The notes: a model not told the origin generated them from the sequence alone. Counted from the whole stretch's first letter, positions 49,658 to 61,232 are shown. The stretch is DNA of 63,680 nucleotides, filler included, from Globobulimina sp. (GCA_003354225.1; 50 parts of 50 records of this genome joined end to end with filler, not necessarily neighbours in it); one strand, 5' to 3'. Numbers and translations: made by a program.

Positions 49658-49757
49658 NNNNNNNNNNNNNNNNNNNNNNNNNNNNNNNNNNNNNNNNNNN
49701 NTTAATTAATTAANNNNNNNNNNNNNNNNNNNNNNNNNNNNNNNNNNNNNNNNNNNN

Positions 49758-50258
49758 AAATCTGCGCAAACTGTATACGAATTAGCTGTTGGATTGAAAC
49801 ATTTACATAAAAATGGTATTTGTCACAGAGACCTCAAGCCAGACAATATTTTGTTTACTGCTGATGGTACACTTAAAATTGCGGATTTTGGCGCTGCAGC
49901 ATATTGTTCTAAATCAACATCATTTTCGATGCATACAATGTGTGGTAGTCCGCAATATGTGGCACCAGAAATAATTACAAAGAATAAATATTATAACGAG
50001 AAGTGTGATATTTGGTCATTAGGTGTTATTTTATATATTTTATTGGTCGGATACCAACCATTCAGAGCAAATTCTCTCGTTTTACTTTATAAAGAAATTA
50101 AAAACGGAAACTACAATCTCAGCACAAAAGGATGGATCCATATATCAACGCAGGCAAAGCATTTAGTTTCATGTCTATTGCAAGTTAACCCAAATTACAG
50201 GTATTCTGCAAACGATATTGAATGCCATCCATGGATTGTTAAGCATAACACGCACTAA
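49758..50258 (+). CDS. CAMK-group Ser/Thr kinase, C-lobe
   Basis: [30 protein letters not shown]. Confidence 0.95.
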   Translation, partial: KSAQTVYELAVGLKHLHKNGICHRDLKPDNILFTADGTLKIADFGAAAYCSKSTSFSMHTMCGSPQYVAPEIITKNKYYNEKCDIWSLGVILYILLVGYQPFRANSLVLLYKEIKNGNYNLSTKGWIHISTQAKHLVSCLLQVNPNYRYSANDIECHPWIVKHNTH

Positions 50259-50544
50259 TTCGCTATATTAAATGTATTAATATTGTTTTATTCACTAATC
50301 AGAAATACAAATGATTTACAAATGATATTAAATGAAAGATGTTGGAAATTTGTTGTGGATTTCTAAATGTTTGGATAAACTTAATTAAATATCATGTGTA
50401 TTTTTTGTATTGCTATTGTTTTTTCTGTTTTTGTTTGGGATTAATTGAATTAATATCCGCACCATATTTATTATTTAATTTGGTAGTATTTGTTTTATCG
50501 AAATTGATGTTGAAAAACTCTTTACTGTCCAACTTTGATCGAAG

Positions 50545-50932
50545 ATGAGCGAGAAGGAAAACATGAATCTTTTACAAAAAATACAACACCAAATCGAATT
50601 GGAAAAGATAAAATCCCATTCTAGTGAATGTCAGCCAGTTGCAACTGTAGCGTTTAATGATGAATTTTATGAAATTATAAATTTAGACGGGATGATTGAT
50701 GGTCCATTCAATGTTTCAAAAGTAGCAAATATATTTGTATCCCATTTTCGTAAACACTCATTGGTTGAACATCGATTATGGATCAGACCATGTCAAAAAC
50801 AATCCAAATGGTACAAATTAAATGTATCATATTTGAATGCAGATACCAGTGACATTGAATTGTGTTTAGATCCCTCATTTTATACATTTTGTGGCAATTT
50901 AGTTTGTATTATAGAAAAATTAAAGAAAATTG
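50545..50932 (+). CDS. Hypothetical protein with possible GYF-like motif, 3' partial
   Basis: FYEIINLDGMIDGPF. Confidence 0.4.
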
Positions 50933-51032
50933 NNNNNNNNNNNNNNNNNNNNNNNNNNNNNNNNNNNNNNNNNNNNTTAATTAATTAANNNNNNNNNNNN
51001 NNNNNNNNNNNNNNNNNNNNNNNNNNNNNNNN

Positions 51033-51926
51033 CAAATACAATTCAATTATCTCATTTATAGCAACATCATAACCGATTGCAAATGTATGCAACATCAACA
51101 ATATATTTCTAACATATCCATAAACCAAATACTGTGTTAATTTTTGCATTGGCAATAAAGAGATATATTCATTCAAATCCAACATCCAAAAATCATCGAA
51201 AAATCTTTGATTCTCTGCCATATGATTTGCGTAACAAAAACCGCCAAACATTATTATCGAATTTAATGATTTAATATGAAATATTCCTTGTTCTGACATG
51301 TTTGGATTGAATGTACGAATAATTGTTGATTTGAAGGTATTCAAATCATATAAAATATGCTCGTTATTTTCTGTGCCTCCAATTATATGCAAGTAATCAT
51401 CGTTGTGAGTCAACAATAATTTGCAATTTGCTCCAATGGTATATTGAATATCCAAACGATATATTTCTCCGTGACTGCCACCTGTATTTCTTCTATAAAA
51501 TGACAGTATAATTTGTATCAATTTTGTCGGAATTGATACATTTAATCGTCTGACATAACCATTTACGATCAATCCATTTTGCATTTTATAACATATTATT
51601 GTATTATAGTTGTAATTTTTTTCTTTGACATTGACACCGCCAACAAATATTACTGTTTCTCGTATTGCACTGTATGTCATAATGTTCCATCTTGGAAAAT
51701 ACTCGCAATTGGACCATAATTCAAGTGTTGAATGAGAATCAGTTAATGGATCATATTCAAATATGCCAGATTGGTGTTGGTTATCTTGCTGATATCGGGT
51801 GCTGTAAATGATATTGCGTCTATGGAATATTTGTGGCATTGGTTGTACAAAAGGTGGGAAATCCACTTTGGATGTCCATGGTGTCGTGTGACTCGTGTCA
51901 GCCTTTTTGTCATCCAATGCAATCAT
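51033..51926 (-). CDS. Kelch-type beta-propeller protein, partial
   Basis: VIFVGG, LHIIGG, IIMFGG...DDFWMLD; inserted LIVNGYVR..IPTKLIQIILSFY motif twice. Confidence 0.75.
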
Positions 51927-52307
51927 CTCCGCACAGTTTTTTTTTTAATTTGGTTTTGGAGTCAAAAGTTTTTTTTTTTAATTTGAATTGGAAATTAACA
52001 CCAATAAATTCGAAGTTAGCATCCAATAAATCACCATGCAGTACACAGGGATGACAGAAATGTTCGGTTTTATCGGAGAAATGTTCAGCAAAGCATTCAA
52101 ACCATTGGCAAATAAATTTGAACATAAAGTGCACAGTCGAGGAGATGCAGTGGTTCATTTTTGGACAAAGTCGAACCGTCCTCTTAAAATATTGGGATTT
52201 ATGAGTTNNNNNNNNNNNNNNNNNNNNNNNNNNNNNNNNNNNNNNNNNNNNTTAATTAATTAANNNNNNNNNNNNNNNNNNNNNNNNNNNNNNNNNNNNN
52301 NNNNNNN

Positions 52308-52492
52308 AGCTTTGTTTTGCAATTTATATTCTCAATTTTTAAACCATGAGGGTGATCAATTGGCATATTGCTACAAAGACCACTGTTAATAACCCCAATC
52401 ATATCATCAATTTTATTAGGTGGTAAAATTTCCACAACCCTATCTGTTCTGCCAGTCCTCAAAACACTGTCATTTATATCTTTGGTATCCAC
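52308..52492 (-). CDS. AAA+ ATPase fragment (second region of homology onward)
   Basis: DINDSVLRTGRTDRVVEILPP. Confidence 0.55.
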
Positions 52493-52497
52493 CCTTT

Positions 52498-52983
52498 CTA
52501 ATTACAATCTATAACCTCAACCAAATCTCCTATAAATGGAAATTTGGCTATTTTCTTATTATAATAAGCCTTGTTCTTAACTCCGCTATTTGGATCATAC
52601 AATACTCTGTTTCCACCCCTGGTATCTATCACAACCGCATGCATATAACCATACTTATTTAGAGATGGAACAGTAGCTATATAAACCCTATTGTCAAAAA
52701 CTAGATTGCTCTTTTGTTGTTTTGGATAATACCCCAATTTCACAAGAGCTATATTTTTCTCATCAATAGTTAAGTCGCTTTTCCTCATTACAGAATAGGC
52801 CTCCTCAAAAGACCTTTCTGTAACCATGGCAATACAACATATAAATGAACAATTCTCTTTTTTTGGATTTACCATCTCAATAACACCTATATTACTAGTG
52901 ATCAAATATGAGTTTCCAGTTCCAGTTAAAAACACAAAAATTATCAACAGTGAGACCAATAATATTTTGAAAGAATTTTTCAT
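52498..52983 (-). CDS. Phage-type hypothetical protein with papain/C39-like peptidase motifs
   Basis: CSFICCIAMV, VPSLN...MHAVVID, LYDPN; ATGA overlap with the upstream gene. Confidence 0.55.
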   Translation of the reverse strand: MKNSFKILLVSLLIIFVFLTGTGNSYLITSNIGVIEMVNPKKENCSFICCIAMVTERSFEEAYSVMRKSDLTIDEKNIALVKLGYYPKQQKSNLVFDNRVYIATVPSLNKYGYMHAVVIDTRGGNRVLYDPNSGVKNKAYYNKKIAKFPFIGDLVEVIDCN

Positions 52984-53225
52984 TTAGACCTCGTATCAAA
53001 GTCTTTCATCTTCTTAATAATCTTATTTAAAACACCCTTGGGGTCAAACCCAATTAGTTTCAAAACAAACAATGCCATAACCACAATAGCCACTACTGCT
53101 AGTGTTGGCATTACAATTGACACAACAACTATTGTAGCTATTATTAGGAGTGCAAATTTTAGAAAATAACCTGAGCATATCCCACATATGCTCAATATTG
53201 ATTTTATAATTATATTATTTTTCAT
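52980..53225 (-). CDS. Small membrane protein, phage-like
   Basis: GGAG-type RBS, two hydrophobic segments, basic C-terminus. Confidence 0.55.
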   Translation of the reverse strand: MKNNIIIKSILSICGICSGYFLKFALLIIATIVVVSIVMPTLAVVAIVVMALFVLKLIGFDPKGVLNKIIKKMKDFDTRSK

Positions 53226-53582
53226 CTGTTTCCATCTCTCCCATTATTTTATTAGTTTTGAATTCTGCAAGAGTTTTCCCCCATCCACACAATTGAACCT
53301 GTGTTGGATCAAGGGGCACTTTCCCACATTTAACACCATCTTCTGAAATATAGTGGTCTGAGAGGCACTTTCTATCTTTGCATCTATAAAAATTAGCTTT
53401 AGGAAATTCCCAAAATTCAGACCCCCCACAAACAAAGCAGACCTTTTCTCCATTGGCAGGCTTTAACTCACCCCTTTTGTCTNNNNNNNNNNNNNNNNNN
53501 NNNNNNNNNNNNNNNNNNNNNNNNNNTTAATTAATTAANNNNNNNNNNNNNNNNNNNNNNNNNNNNNNNNNNNNNNNNNNNN

Positions 53583-53915
53583 GCTAAAGATTTCAATAAA
53601 CTGATAAAAATATGTGAAGAAAAAAATGTAGCCGTACAGACGATCAAAACGCTTGCCCGTGGACCATTAAATGGAAAAATGAATTCCCACACAACCTGGT
53701 ATGATCCAATAGTGGAAGATGAAGTTATTGATCATTCTGTGTCATGGGTATTGGGAAATGAGAATGTATTCTTAAACACGATTAGTGATATTCATTTATT
53801 AGAGAAGGTGTTAAAAACGGCGGATAACTTTGATAGCCGACCCAGTACGGAAACAATGCTGGAGGATGTAGAAAAATATGGAATTACTCAATTATTTACA
53901 GGTGATGAAATATAA
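53583..53915 (+). CDS. Bacterial aldo/keto reductase, C-terminal part
   Basis: ICEEKNVAVQTIKTLARGP...TWYDPI...SWVLG in frame from the contig edge. Confidence 0.7.
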   Translation, partial: AKDFNKLIKICEEKNVAVQTIKTLARGPLNGKMNSHTTWYDPIVEDEVIDHSVSWVLGNENVFLNTISDIHLLEKVLKTADNFDSRPSTETMLEDVEKYGITQLFTGDEI

Positions 53916-53999
53916 AAAAGCATGATTAAATTTGCTGAGGTCAGGTCTCGGATGTTCAAAATATGAAACAAACAACCAAATTGGAATGATTTTTAAAAT

Positions 54000-54030
54000 T
54001 GAATGCGTTTTTAAACAAGCGCATTCATTT
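54000..54030. terminator. Possible intrinsic terminator between convergent genes
   Basis: TGAATGCGTTT / AAGCGCATTCA 11-bp stem with one G-U pair and 6-nt loop. Confidence 0.45.
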
Positions 54031-54112
54031 GACCGCAATTACACTTAGTGAGCTAAAGAGGGGGCTTGGTAAATTCATTACTATTCAAGTACAGCGACAG
54101 CATATGCGACTG

Positions 54113-54757
54113 TTATCTTAATGTTGCCGATGGAGACATTCCAAAAAAACGTTTATATTCTCGACTAAACTGTGCCGAACTATTGTAGCCTACCATGAAT
54201 CCTGCTTCACTCACGTTTTTCCCTTCCATAATATAGGTTTGAGCTTTATTCAATTTGATGGACTTTGCAAATTGTAATGGAGATAAATGCATTACTTCTT
54301 TAAATTTTTTGTGAAAACCTGAGCTGCTCATGTTAACTAAATCTGCCAAATCATCGATAGACATATTTTTATCAAGATTCTGTTGGAGATATTCGACCGT
54401 CCTTAAAATTTCATGAATTTGCCCGCGTCTTTGAAGATGATAATTTAACATTCCTCCCTGTTCATCTCTTAAAATACGAAAATAGATTTCATCAATAATC
54501 GATTCCCCTAAAATGATCGCTTCATTTGAATCATCCAAGGTTTTTAATAAGCGAATCATTACATCCAGTAAACTCTGCTTGAGAGGGGCAGAAAAAATTC
54601 CAGAAACCTTATTTGCAGTATCCTTAATATTTTTAGGGGCAGCCTGTTCCATTTTTAAAATCATTTGGGAAATTCTGTTACGGTCAAGTTGAATTATTGC
54701 GGCCAATAGTGGTTTTTCAGGACTTGCTTCAGTTAATTCACACTCAAGGGGCATTGG
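54113..54757 (-). CDS. AraC-family transcriptional regulator (YqhC-like), 5' partial
   Basis: LADLVNMSSSGFHKKFK..SPLQF, VGYNSSAQFSREYKRFFG. Confidence 0.93.
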   Translation of the reverse strand, partial: PMPLECELTEASPEKPLLAAIIQLDRNRISQMILKMEQAAPKNIKDTANKVSGIFSAPLKQSLLDVMIRLLKTLDDSNEAIILGESIIDEIYFRILRDEQGGMLNYHLQRRGQIHEILRTVEYLQQNLDKNMSIDDLADLVNMSSSGFHKKFKEVMHLSPLQFAKSIKLNKAQTYIMEGKNVSEAGFMVGYNSSAQFSREYKRFFGMSPSATLR

Positions 54758-54861
54758 NNNNNNNNNNNNNNNNNNNNNNNNNNNNNNNNNNNNNNNNNNN
54801 NTTAATTAATTAANNNNNNNNNNNNNNNNNNNNNNNNNNNNNNNNNNNNNNNNNNNNAACA

Positions 54862-55895
54862 TTACGTTACAAACGAAGTTCCGTCCAGTGGAATCCAACC
54901 AGTCTTATATCCACCCATGTAAGAAATATTGCCATTAGCATATACATCTACCCGCATAGCACCACCGTCTTGATTTTGACAAAATATTCTGCGCAAAGTA
55001 GGCCTCCATCCTTCTGGTAAAGTTGTGATTGTGGTAGCAGTTCCACTCTTTATTAAACCTTTCAAATACACCACATGTCCAATTTTGAATGCTTTTGCTG
55101 CAGCAAATCGTTGGTCATATCGTTGCCAGTTATTTTGTAAAACTAAATCCATTTCTTCCATTTTTGTTTCTTCACTATTTCTCGCTTCCACATCTTGTAA
55201 TCTCTGGGTTAACCGATCAATTTGCTGTTGTTGAGCCAGTAAACATTGTTGTAGCGATAGATTTTCTTTCTTAACATCATTAAATCGCATTGATAACTTA
55301 TCAAAATCCGATACATCTTTTTCCTTCAAAATGAAGCAATAATTAAAAAAAATGTATGGTGGAGCACTAAAATGCAATACAAATAGCAAACAATTCTCCA
55401 TTTGATTATTTTCATTGTTTTTGTTATTCAATTTTGGTTGGAACCCTGTTGGTATATTTATTGCCTCCGGCACCTTCTTGAAAGCTCTCAATTCATCATA
55501 TTTTGCGGTTGCTATGTTTAATACAAAACAATTGTAAAAATATAACGTGTTATGCACGCAACTTACATAAACGAACCTTGTTTAATATTTGGCAATAAAA
55601 ATACTCGAACGTTCTTCATGGTTAATTCATTGGATGTTAGTGTATCAGTTATCATTTTAGCCCCTAATTCTGGCGTTAAACAAGCCATAGTAATTTTTTG
55701 TACTGCATCTTTATCGAAATTCTGTTTAAAAACATTTTTTGTTGTTTGGTTTGTGAGTTTAAGTGTAAATAATTCTGAATTTGAATCATATTCCACAGTA
55801 ACACTGAATTTATCCTCAACCTTCTCAAATTCAATGTTATTAAACGTTTGCCCAAGATTTTGCTCTTTATTTTCTTCCTTAGTATCGTCAGCCAT
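54862..55895 (-). CDS. Complete two-exon 322-aa protein: globular head, coiled coil, phage tail-fibre-like C-terminal domain
   Basis: ATG 55895, GT-AG intron 55512-55576 joins both ORFs in frame; LQNNW...KIGHVVYLKGLIK...LPEGWRP...RVDVYANG...WIPLDGTSF. Confidence 0.75.
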
Positions 55896-56132
55896 GATTA
55901 ACAAACTTAAGAACTCAGAGCTTCAAAAAATGCTCTAAAACATTATTTGGAATATATAGTCAGATATCATTTATGTGCAAGCATAAATCAAGATTATTAT
56001 TCATTTAACATTTGTTTAACATTTGTTTAAAANNNNNNNNNNNNNNNNNNNNNNNNNNNNNNNNNNNNNNNNNNNNTTAATTAATTAANNNNNNNNNNNN
56101 NNNNNNNNNNNNNNNNNNNNNNNNNNNNNNNN

Positions 56133-57307
56133 TGATAAATTATTAACAATTAGTGTAGCTTCACAAAACCAACATGGTTCAGGTCATATAATGAATATGA
56201 TCACAACTGATTGTAACAAATTACAAGATGCAGCGTCAACTGTTAATTGTGTATTTACATTACCGTTTTTTATATTGGCAATATTATATTTCGTATATCA
56301 AGAGCTTCAGTGGAGTTTATTTGCTGGATTAGGATTTGTAATTCTTATATTAATACCTATACAAAGTTTAGTATCTAATTTCTTATTTCATTTTAATTCT
56401 TTTTTTTCAATATATGTTTCTACAATAAAATAGTCAAAGTTTTAATTAACTTTAATCATGCTAGCAAACAATTGGTTAAACTAAGAGATGACAGATTGTC
56501 GATGGTAAATGAAGTATTTGGCGCAATAAGAGCTATAAAAATGTATGCATGGGAGCTACAATATGCAGAGAAAATCAATGGTATTCGTAAAACTGAATTG
56601 CAAATATTACGTAAATACAATATATATGAATCAATGAATAATATTATATTGTTTTCCATACTTATATTAACGAATATAATCCCATTTGGTATTTATGCAT
56701 TTTCTGGTCACACTCTAACACCAAAAAAAGTATTTGTTACCGTGGCGTTTTTAGATCAACTAAAAACGCCATTAATGATACTTCCACTGTTAAGTAAATT
56801 CTATATTTATTTTTCATTATTAAATAATTTTAATAAAAAATACACATATTCATAATACAGATCTATCGTAAACATAATCGATGCATCGATTTCTTTCAAA
56901 AGAATCAGATTATTTCTTAGTTCTCCAAATGTAACACAAGATCAAATTGAATATGTTACAAATGATAAAAATGAAAAGAAACATGCATTGTCTGTTAGAG
57001 AAGCGACATTTTATTGGGATGATGGATTGCAACACACCGCATTAAATGATATTAATTGTGATTTTAAAGTTGGATCATTGACAATGATAATTGGACAAAC
57101 CGGGTCAGGTAAATCTGCATTGATATCTGCTATTATTGGTTGTTTAAATAAGAGTGAAAAACATGGCACTATCAAATATTATGATAATATATTAATCGGT
57201 TATAGTTCACAGGTTGCATGGATCCAAAACGCAACCATTAAAGAAAATATATTATTTGGTAAAGAATATAATGAAATGTTTTATGATACAGTGATCAATG
57301 CGTGTGG
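56133..57307 (+). CDS. ABCC/MRP-family ABC transporter, TMD1-NBD1 fragment, spliced
   Basis: RDDRL..NEVFGAIRAIKMYAWE, ISFKRIRLFL, IIGQTGSGKS, AWIQNATIKENILFG; two short introns. Confidence 0.92.
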
Positions 57308-57407
57308 NNNNNNNNNNNNNNNNNNNNNNNNNNNNNNNNNNNNNNNNNNNNTTAATTAATTAANNNNNNNNNNNNNNNNNNNNNNNNNNNNNNNNNNNNN
57401 NNNNNNN

Positions 57408-57667
57408 AAAGAATATGTGTGGAGAGTGGATACAAATACGGCTGTGGACCATCGTAAAGACTGCAGCTTTGTCAAGGCATAACTTATATGTGCAGTGCAA
57501 CGACTTTAGAATATACAACAAAAAAAAATGCAGCATTTATGTGCAAATGTGATGATTTCCTAAAGTTTGAATAAAATCCTTGCACATATAAGTTATGCCT
57601 TGACAAAGCTGCAGTCTTTACGATGGTCCACAGCCGTATTTGTATCCACTCTCCACACATATTCTTT
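57408..57667. repeat. Perfect 87-bp inverted repeat (fold-back) at contig start
   Basis: 57408-57494 is the exact reverse complement of 57581-57667; 86-bp spacer. Confidence 0.95.
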
Positions 57668-58338
57668 CCTCTTTTCCTATTTTATAACCAATAATTTCTA
57701 TCCCTTTTTTTCCCTCTTTTTATAACCATAATATTTATCTCTTTTCACACTTTAATATCAGCAGCCAACTTATGTAAAAATACAAATATTTCAACAAAAA
57801 CATATAATAAAATACATAGAAAATATCACTTTTTTCATAACCGGAAACGTCTCGCATTCAACCTATCCTATTGAGGCATACAATTTTTCTTTGTTGAATG
57901 ATACAAACATAAAAATAAACATATCTTTCCAGTCTGTAGTGTTGCCATTTACTCCTTTTGTTTGATTTTTGCTGATTTCCAAGCTGGAAAACTGAATTTA
58001 CTTCAATTCAAGTAGCAGAATCAATGGCGTCATTAGCAAAAAGGCCAAACGCTCTATAACAATGTGAAGGCATGTATCAATACATGATGGACACGAATCA
58101 ATCAACAAACTATCTCAAATGTTAAGACTTTTTCAGTTAATTCATTATTCGTTTCTGTATTAACTTATACACTAAAAACAAAGGGAACTAATGGAGATAT
58201 GAAGAAAATTTCAATTGGAACCCCATCTCAAATTGGTCAAAGAACATGAATAACATATTGATTTGAAGAAATAGTTTTTTATGAATTATTTTATATTTGA
58301 ATATAAACAAACCTGTATTAATGCGCCATGCCGCCAAT

Positions 58339-58406
58339 ATCTCACGCCAGGATTTGAACCTGGATTCCTGCATAAAACAGTGCTCTACTAATTGAGCTAC
58401 GTGAGA
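58339..58406 (-). tRNA. tRNA-like element or tRNA pseudogene with truncated anticodon arm
   Basis: TCTCACG TA GCTC AATTAGTA GAGC A CTG TTTTATG CAG GAAT CCAGG TTCAAAT CCTGG CGTGAGA T; acceptor, D and T stems pair fully. Confidence 0.7.
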
Positions 58407-58533
58407 TTTATGCACCAGCAAATCACCAACAACAAAAATTAATATGTTTTGCTGACACAGGCATAGCGATTTACGACCTGTTCGATAGGATTGTGACTAT
58501 GGTGGAAAAGCGTTTTTGAACTGACCAAAAAAG

Positions 58534-58555
58534 CAGTACTTATCGGAAAGCCCTA
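58534..58555 (-). mobile_element. Putative hAT-like transposon/MITE terminus, copy 2
   Basis: 22-nt identity with 10049-10070 in an unrelated contig. Confidence 0.55.
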
Positions 58556-58682
58556 TTGGAACCATTTCAATTAGATAACATTNNNNNNNNNNNNNNNNNN
58601 NNNNNNNNNNNNNNNNNNNNNNNNNNTTAATTAATTAANNNNNNNNNNNNNNNNNNNNNNNNNNNNNNNNNNNNNNNNNNNN

Positions 58683-59240
58683 ACTGCATCACCAACTACT
58701 GCAACTCCAACGACTGCAACTCCAACGACTGCATCACCAACTACTGCGTCACCAACAACTGCGTCACCAACAACTGCATCACCAACTACTGCATCACCAA
58801 CAACTGCATCACCAACAATTGCATCACCAACTACTGCATCACCAACAACTGCATCACCAACTACTGCATCACCAACAACTGCATCACCAACTACTGCGTC
58901 ACCAACTACTGCATCACCAACTACTGCATCACCAACAACTGCATCACCAACTACTGCGTCACCAACTACTGCAACCCCAACGACTGCAACACCAACTACT
59001 GCGTCACCAACAACTGCGTCACCAACAATTGCATCACCAACAATTGCATCACCTACAACTGCATCACCAACCACTGCTTCAACAATACCTTGTCGAGCAA
59101 TTAGCGGACTAATATCAGTTAATAGTTGGTGTGCTGGCAATTGTTATGTTCCTGGTACAGCTGATTTACAGTATTTACACCCAGCATGTACAGCTGATCC
59201 AAATAGTAGAAGAGATGGAAAGCTGTGCATTTGCCAGTAA
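58683..59240 (+). CDS. C-terminus of a secreted protein: (TASPT)n linker plus 6-Cys module
   Basis: 15-nt tandem repeat varying mainly at third positions in this frame; CRAISG..NSWCAGNC...C...CICQ*; missing from the ORF track. Confidence 0.75.
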   Translation, partial: TASPTTATPTTATPTTASPTTASPTTASPTTASPTTASPTTASPTIASPTTASPTTASPTTASPTTASPTTASPTTASPTTASPTTASPTTASPTTATPTTATPTTASPTTASPTIASPTIASPTTASPTTASTIPCRAISGLISVNSWCAGNCYVPGTADLQYLHPACTADPNSRRDGKLCICQ

Positions 59241-59957
59241 AATAGTTTTATTGTTTTTGTTTTCAGTGAGGATGTATGACAATTGTCCTCTGGTGTTTTT
59301 AATTTTAATTGTCCTTAATAACCTAACTTATTTTTTTAGATGAATAATATCACATGTATGAAAAACATATAAAAATAATAACGGCCTTGACACAAAGGTA
59401 ACTCGCCATAAAATCACTACATGTTTGTCTGTATTGTTTTGTTTATTTATTTACTTATAGTTAAACAAAACCATAAATAATAAATAGTTGGAAATGAATA
59501 TGTAATGATTAAAATGATTTGGATGTGTAATCAAATTCTGAACACACCAAATTCTTAACCACATTAACATTTGATTGCATATCTTTGAGTTATTTAATTT
59601 GTTTTAATGATGCATTTTGTTTTTATTCCGTGTCATATAACTCGTATTTATTCCGTGTCAGATTTGTTTATACGCGGATTCGTACGCAAAATAATCCAAA
59701 CAAACCACACATTCGATTCCTTGTAATGGCAGTGTGTAGATTAGCAAAGTTTACAAAGAGATGAATGGAGGCTGTGCTTATGATGATGAATATTTTGCAT
59801 TAAACCAATATGATAATATGACAGAAATAGAAAATAAATTAAAAATATGTTTTATAANNNNNNNNNNNNNNNNNNNNNNNNNNNNNNNNNNNNNNNNNNN
59901 NTTAATTAATTAANNNNNNNNNNNNNNNNNNNNNNNNNNNNNNNNNNNNNNNNNNNN

Positions 59958-60284
59958 ATCACAATTAAATGCATTTACTTCACCATCTGCTGCACTGTTT
60001 GAATATGAAGTTGAACCAACTGATGTTTTACAGTTTGAAGTACCATAATCTGTAAAAGTAACGCTGCCATCTTGATTACAGGAATATTTTCCATAGTTGT
60101 TGACACCAGTAAATCCATTTAATGTAATTTCATAAATTATACAAACATCAATTGGATATGCTTGAAACGTGTCTTCTTGCAATGGTGATTTGAATGATGA
60201 TATAAAATATCTGGATTCTCCATTAATGATATTAATCAAATGGATTGATGTTAAGGTTAATAATGAGATTGTTTTGAGCATCAT
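59958..60284 (-). CDS. Secreted Cys-containing protein N-terminus
   Basis: Signal peptide, YPIDVC, KYSC, SNC, FNC. Confidence 0.6.
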
Positions 60285-61232
60285 ATTTAATTTTCTATTG
60301 GTGAATGGTGATTTCTCTAAAGTATAATTAGTATAATTAGTTGATAATTAAAGATATAAATAGGAACAATCATAATTTTGTTCTAAATATGTATGTTTAC
60401 ATAAATAGTCATTCATTTCTTGGCCTTTTGTGTATACCATAATTTCAAATAACATACAATTGCAAAGATATCATGCAAAATATGGATTACTGTACTACTA
60501 GAGAGAGAGAAATGTGTTAACTATAACTTATTATCAGTGATGTACCACATCACTAAAACCAGCTTACTAATGAAAATGACAGCTGTCATCTAGACACGCT
60601 TTCACTTTTCGATCAACATATGCAAACTTTAGATACACGTGCATAAATTAATCGAAGATGAACTTCGAGTACTAGGTTGAAAACCACTCTAGCTAACCCA
60701 AAAACTTTGCTAATCGTTGAAATTAAACGAAACGAAACTAAGCCAAAAAAGTTAATTGTGATGACGATACTATAAGTAATGAAGTTAGGAAAATGGTGAA
60801 TTCAAAGTTTTATAATACTGTGCTTTAGTGGGAATACCACATTTACCACCTGCACCATTATGTACCAAAATATAATTTTGTATGATATATTTATAATCGA
60901 AAACGTTCTGACTTGTGCACCGGCACCATCTTCATAACCTCTTCAAAAGTTTTTCGATGGCATCATGTTTTCTCTATTGGTTGTACATCAACCTTTTGCT
61001 TGGTCGTATCTCGTCGATATCATTGGTATGAATGCGTCGATATTAAAAGGAATTATATGAACTGTAAAATGTTCATCATGAATTAATTCAAGTGGCTCCA
61101 TTGTTCATTGTTAAATACAGGATCGATCGATANNNNNNNNNNNNNNNNNNNNNNNNNNNNNNNNNNNNNNNNNNNNTTAATTAATTAANNNNNNNNNNNN
61201 NNNNNNNNNNNNNNNNNNNNNNNNNNNNNNNN

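Noticed and set aside
58631-59140. Minus-strand (GDAVV)n and plus-strand (LHHQQ)n ORFs
   Set aside because: Shadow frames of the TASPT repeat; only the 58683+ frame shows mostly synonymous variation and a coherent C-terminal domain
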